DNA of 64,000 nt from Actinomycetota bacterium (GTDB lineage Bacteria > Actinomycetota > UBA4738): assembly GCA_036505215.1 (NCBI GenBank), contig DASXTW010000087.1:23886-87885 (forward strand), given 5' to 3'. Of this stretch, positions 60,605-64,000 are shown one piece after another. The notes beneath the pieces were generated by a model. That model did no database searches. It was not told where the DNA came from and saw only the letters and a list, made by a program, of their open reading frames with translations. Position 1 is the first letter of the stretch; each line of letters opens with the position of its first letter. The position numbers and the translations under genes were made by a program.

Positions 60605-62050
60605 CTACGGGATCGTGACCTTCGCGGTGAAGAGGTCCAGCTGGTGCAGCTCACCGTCCGGGTTGTCGCCCGTGCTGTTCGAGTTGTCGGACCAGGCCGG
60701 GTAGAACGCCTGCGACTGGAAGGCCGCGTGCGTGTAGTCCCCGTAGTCGAAGAAGCTCTCCGCGCCGTTTGCGTTCGAGGTCCCCTGGCTGACCTGGAAG
60801 TTCGGCGCGAAGGTCACTCCCCCGTCGGTCGAGAACGTCGCCCAGATCTGCACGTCGTCGTTCGGTATGCCGTCGGTGTCGCCGGGCCCGCCGTTGCCGA
60901 GGTCATTGCGAGCGTCGTACCAGGAGATCGCGACGTCGCCAGTGGCCTGGTCCACGGCGATGGCCGGGTTGACCTGGCTGTTCGTCCCCTGATCGTCGTT
61001 CAGCCTGACCGCTGCGGTCCAGGTCACGCCGCTGTCATCAGAGTACTGGAACATGATGTCCATGTTGTCGCTCTCGTTCTTCACCTCCTGGGTCCAGATC
61101 GCGTAGACCCTCCCGGAGTGAGGCCCGCCGCTCCGGTCCCAGGCCAGGCTCGCTTCGGCGTCGACCGAACGGTGAGGCTGGACCGGGAGATAGTCGAATC
61201 CCCCCACCCTGGTGCGGGCGAGGAGCTGTGGAACGGTGAACCCGGCCGGGTCGAGGCCGTCGGGATCGACAGCGGTGTAGATGTGCGCTCCCCCCTGACC
61301 GATGGTCTGGTCCTGATACGTCACCATGACCTGGCCGTCTGGCCCCACCGCAGTGTCGCCGTAGTTCCCTCTCCCGTTGGCCGTTGGGACGCTCTCCGGC
61401 TCGGTGAACGTGCCGAACTGTCCCAGCCCACTGACGGGAGCACCCGATGCCTGCACCACCGTCGAGGGGTAGCTCGTGTAGCTCACCCACACGCTGTTCG
61501 GCCCAACTGAGATCGACGGCTGGTCGGCACTCGCGGTGCCCTTGTTCCCGCCCCGCAGGCGCTTGGGAGTGGCGCCCTTGGGGGACCTGCTCCCCGTCGG
61601 GGTCGTGGGGACGATCTCGGTGACCTTCGTGAACGTCAAGCCCCCGTCCGTGGAGACCGCGATGGGGACGTTGTCGTTCGTATTGAGCAGATAGACCATC
61701 CACAGGTTGCCGTACTGGTCCCACGCCAGCTGCTGGTCGCAGCAGATCTCACCGAGAGAGTCACCGGCGCCGATGATCTGCCTGGTCCACGTGTTCCCTC
61801 CGTCGAAGGACACACCCTCGAAGAGCCCACTGACCACGTCGGGCAGCGTCGACATGGCCACGATGTTCGAAGGATTGGTGGGGTTGGCCGCGATGGCGTC
61901 CTCGGCCTCGTTTCCCGGCATCACGCTCACGTCGGCGTTGGGCGGGATGGGCTGGGCGGCCGCGCTCACCACCAGGGCCATGGTGACGAGCACAGGAACT
62001 GCCAGGGCGACCAACGACGACCTGGCGAAGACCCGGAGCGTCCTTTGCAT
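60605..62050 (-). CDS. Secreted BNR/Asp-box repeat protein (sialidase-like beta-propeller)
   Basis: Signal peptide plus four Asp-box motifs (SFDGGNTW, STDGGLTF, SDDSGVTW, STDGGVTF). Confidence 0.75.
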   Translation of the reverse strand: MQRTLRVFARSSLVALAVPVLVTMALVVSAAAQPIPPNADVSVMPGNEAEDAIAANPTNPSNIVAMSTLPDVVSGLFEGVSFDGGNTWTRQIIGAGDSLGEICCDQQLAWDQYGNLWMVYLLNTNDNVPIAVSTDGGLTFTKVTEIVPTTPTGSRSPKGATPKRLRGGNKGTASADQPSISVGPNSVWVSYTSYPSTVVQASGAPVSGLGQFGTFTEPESVPTANGRGNYGDTAVGPDGQVMVTYQDQTIGQGGAHIYTAVDPDGLDPAGFTVPQLLARTRVGGFDYLPVQPHRSVDAEASLAWDRSGGPHSGRVYAIWTQEVKNESDNMDIMFQYSDDSGVTWTAAVRLNDDQGTNSQVNPAIAVDQATGDVAISWYDARNDLGNGGPGDTDGIPNDDVQIWATFSTDGGVTFAPNFQVSQGTSNANGAESFFDYGDYTHAAFQSQAFYPAWSDNSNSTGDNPDGELHQLDLFTAKVTIP

Positions 62051-62163
62051 CTCTCCCCTCCTCCTTCCGACCCCCCCGCGAGACCCTATCGCGCCAGGCG
62101 CGAACGTGCTCCGCCTGGTGGTGCGTCAGGTGATGGAGGACTGCGGTTCCACAGAGCGGGGAC

Positions 62164-62955
62164 TTACCGGCCGGTGGCCGAGAAGTGCTGGTAGTCCTGG
62201 AACGAGCGCCAGTTCCCGCCCCAGCCCCACCTGATCGACTTGAACGCCGAGTACACGACGTCTCCCCGATGGATCATGCCTCGGGCATGCCGGGACCGAT
62301 CCGCGTACTGGGCTCCGCTCGGGGGCAGGACTCTTCCACTGGAGGAAACGTAGGGGTTCTCCACCGGATTGATGTCGATGGCCCAGCCGTACGCGTGCTC
62401 CGACCAATCGGATCCCCCAGTGACCTTGCGGCAGTTGAACGCCGAGGTGTTGTCGGCGGCCATCGACCGGTCGTCGTCCCCTTTGTAGTCGTCGACCAGC
62501 CTCATCCGACGGATCGGATACCTGGCCTTGAACATGGTGTGGAATACCTTCACCACGTCTTGGGCGACCGACCTGTGCACGATCATCGCGCCCAAGTGAG
62601 CCTCGCGGTCGAACCCGAAATAGGACATCCTGATCAGCCGAAGGTTCTTGATCGAAACCGGGCACCCCTTGTGCCAGGAGTACTTCATCCGAGCTCGTGT
62701 GGCGGGATCGATGACGGTCACGCGGGCATACCAGCCGATGGGGTGAACGTCCTCGGAGGATGGAGTGGGAGAGGGAGATGGGCCGGGGGACCGGTTGGGC
62801 AATGAGGGATTGGAACTCTCAGGAGCATCCCCCTGGACGGTTACCGATGCCGGGGTTGTCGCTGACACGACCCGCTCCTTCGCTGACGCGCGGCCATAGT
62901 TGCAGGCCGTCGCCAGGATCGCGGCAAGGACAATTCCCAGGGCCAAGCGCTTCAT
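62164..62955 (-). CDS. M15-family D-Ala-D-Ala carboxypeptidase/endopeptidase (VanY-like) lipoprotein
   Basis: Lipobox ILATAC; zinc-ligand motif SEHAYGWAIDINP; Pro/Ser-rich linker. Confidence 0.75.
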   Translation of the reverse strand: MKRLALGIVLAAILATACNYGRASAKERVVSATTPASVTVQGDAPESSNPSLPNRSPGPSPSPTPSSEDVHPIGWYARVTVIDPATRARMKYSWHKGCPVSIKNLRLIRMSYFGFDREAHLGAMIVHRSVAQDVVKVFHTMFKARYPIRRMRLVDDYKGDDDRSMAADNTSAFNCRKVTGGSDWSEHAYGWAIDINPVENPYVSSSGRVLPPSGAQYADRSRHARGMIHRGDVVYSAFKSIRWGWGGNWRSFQDYQHFSATGR

Positions 62956-63126
62956 CCGAGCCTCCTTCCTCCATCGTCCATATGTCGGGATCGTGGAGGA
63001 GCGCAGCAACGCGACCTTCACCCAAGCGTAACGATCGGGTTACCCCGATGGAAGGCATCGGCGGGGCAGCCGTTCCTCATGAGCCAAGGGCGAGGAGGCT
63101 CGATTCCGATCTTGGCTGGAGCCGGG

Positions 63127-63333
63127 TCAGGCTGCCTCGGCACGCTTCTTTCTCCCGCGCGCGATGTAGTAATGCAGCGGCTCGTGCGTCCAGCAGTATT
63201 TCGATCTGTTGTAGATGGAGAGCTTCGTGATACACCCCCCTTGGGCGCACACGCGGCCCTCACCCCACACCCGGTTCCTTCTGGGGAGCGACCGGACGGG
63301 GGCTCCCTTGAAGGACAGTGATTCCTCTCTCAT
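63127..63333 (-). CDS. Small Cys-containing hypothetical protein (68 aa)
   Basis: MREESLSF…CAQGGCITKLSIYNRSKYCWTHEPLHYYIARGRKKR. Start overlaps the stop of the upstream ORF (ATGA). Confidence 0.45.
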   Translation of the reverse strand: MREESLSFKGAPVRSLPRRNRVWGEGRVCAQGGCITKLSIYNRSKYCWTHEPLHYYIARGRKKRAEAA

Positions 63334-63722
63334 GCGGCATCCCTTTCGAGCGCCCGGTGCCCCGAGCGCCCATCGATCCACGTCACGTCGGAGCTGTTCC
63401 CTGTCTGGGCCAGCGCCTGGTGGAAGTCGATGAGGTCGTCCCACCCGATCGGGGGGCCCGACCGTTCCTCCAGCAGCTCGAAGGGGGCCCGCCCGCCGAC
63501 CGGGCGCACCTCGGCCAGAGCCAGGGCCTCCAGATCGGAGATGCTGAGGGACCGGAAATTGACGCGCTCGCATGCGGGACACAAGAACTCGAACAGGCCG
63601 ACTCCTCGGGGGCTCACGAACACGTGAAGACCCTCGTGCTCCACCGTCATCGGCCCGCACCACATGCACCGGGCCTCGAATCGCAATTCCCGTCCGGTCC
63701 CCGGACCCCTTGTCCTCGCCAT
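63330..63722 (-). CDS. Cys-rich hypothetical protein (130 aa) with CxxC…CxxC zinc-ribbon-like motif
   Basis: …CMWCGP…CPACERV…; translationally coupled to the 68-aa ORF. Confidence 0.45.
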   Translation of the reverse strand: MARTRGPGTGRELRFEARCMWCGPMTVEHEGLHVFVSPRGVGLFEFLCPACERVNFRSLSISDLEALALAEVRPVGGRAPFELLEERSGPPIGWDDLIDFHQALAQTGNSSDVTWIDGRSGHRALERDAA

Positions 63723-63831
63723 CTCCCACCCTTGTTCGAAGCGCTAGCAGTTCATACGAACGCGGACAGTGGATGGATGATTCCCAGGGGGCAGAAATCG
63801 ACTTCCTGGCGTTCCGCAAGGAATTGGCGCC

Positions 63832-64000
63832 CTAGCTCTCCGCTCGGCCCCGCGCGGGGGAGTCCACCCGCTGGAGCCGCTCGACGGGGGCTGTCAGCTG
63901 CACCATCCGGGGTTCGAAGCCCAGCCGCTGCCACGCGAGGAGCGCCTCTTCGTTCTGGGCGAACGTCTTCAATGTGATCCGTTGCACGCCGCGCTCCCGG
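63832..64000 (-). CDS. GNAT-family acetyltransferase, C-terminal fragment (gene continues beyond the window end)
   Basis: …RERGVQRITLKTFAQNEEALLAWQRLGFEPRMVQLTAPVERL… is a typical GNAT C-terminus. Confidence 0.5.
   Translation of the reverse strand, partial: RERGVQRITLKTFAQNEEALLAWQRLGFEPRMVQLTAPVERLQRVDSPARGRAES

Overview
This is a high-GC (~68-70%) actinobacterial chromosomal segment. Gene order resembles the Mycobacterium/Corynebacterium core: the secA-hpf-comF-ahcY-pmm-whiB2-fbiAB-manC block and the ligA-mnmA-etfBA block. Genes are densely packed and mostly on the minus strand. No transposase, integrase or CRISPR array was found. Four kinds of content stand out:

1. Housekeeping genes: rplJ-rplL, smpB plus tmRNA (ssrA), ftsEX, prfB with the classic programmed +1 frameshift, secA, hpf, ahcY, ligA, mnmA and etfBA.

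2. Two cell-surface glycopolymer loci. Locus 1 (1-8233) has an epimerase, a GT4, a WecA/MraY-family initiating transferase, a second epimerase, a Wzc-like BY-kinase, a UDP-sugar dehydrogenase and a Tat-secreted beta-helix protein. Locus 2 (42013-51367) has manC, three GT4s, a TagA/WecB GT26, a Stf0-like sulfotransferase, and the Wzm/Wzt ABC exporter, where Wzt carries a C-terminal glycan-binding extension. One of the GT4s is fused to an SMR/ArnE-like four-helix domain.

3. A coenzyme F420 supercluster. fbiC lies divergent to fbiA(cofD)-fbiB(cofE), and these are translationally coupled to a MobA-like guanylyltransferase. The cluster sits next to whiB.

4. Small or unusual elements not in the ORF track:
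- a 46-aa ORF with a perfect AGGAGG Shine-Dalgarno between smpB and ssrA;
- a 52-aa Lys/Ala/Ser/Thr-repeat protein with a strong Shine-Dalgarno, 25 nt after whiB;
- a dispersed family of GC-rich hairpin repeats at gene 3' ends;
- an AT-rich GTAAAG-triplet element upstream of whiB;
- a degraded HNH-endonuclease remnant beside the rplJ leader;
- an alpha/beta-hydrolase-adenylate cyclase gene split by a frameshift in a C-run.

Many long Arg/Pro/Gly-rich ORFs on the opposite strand of real genes are high-GC artefacts and were rejected.
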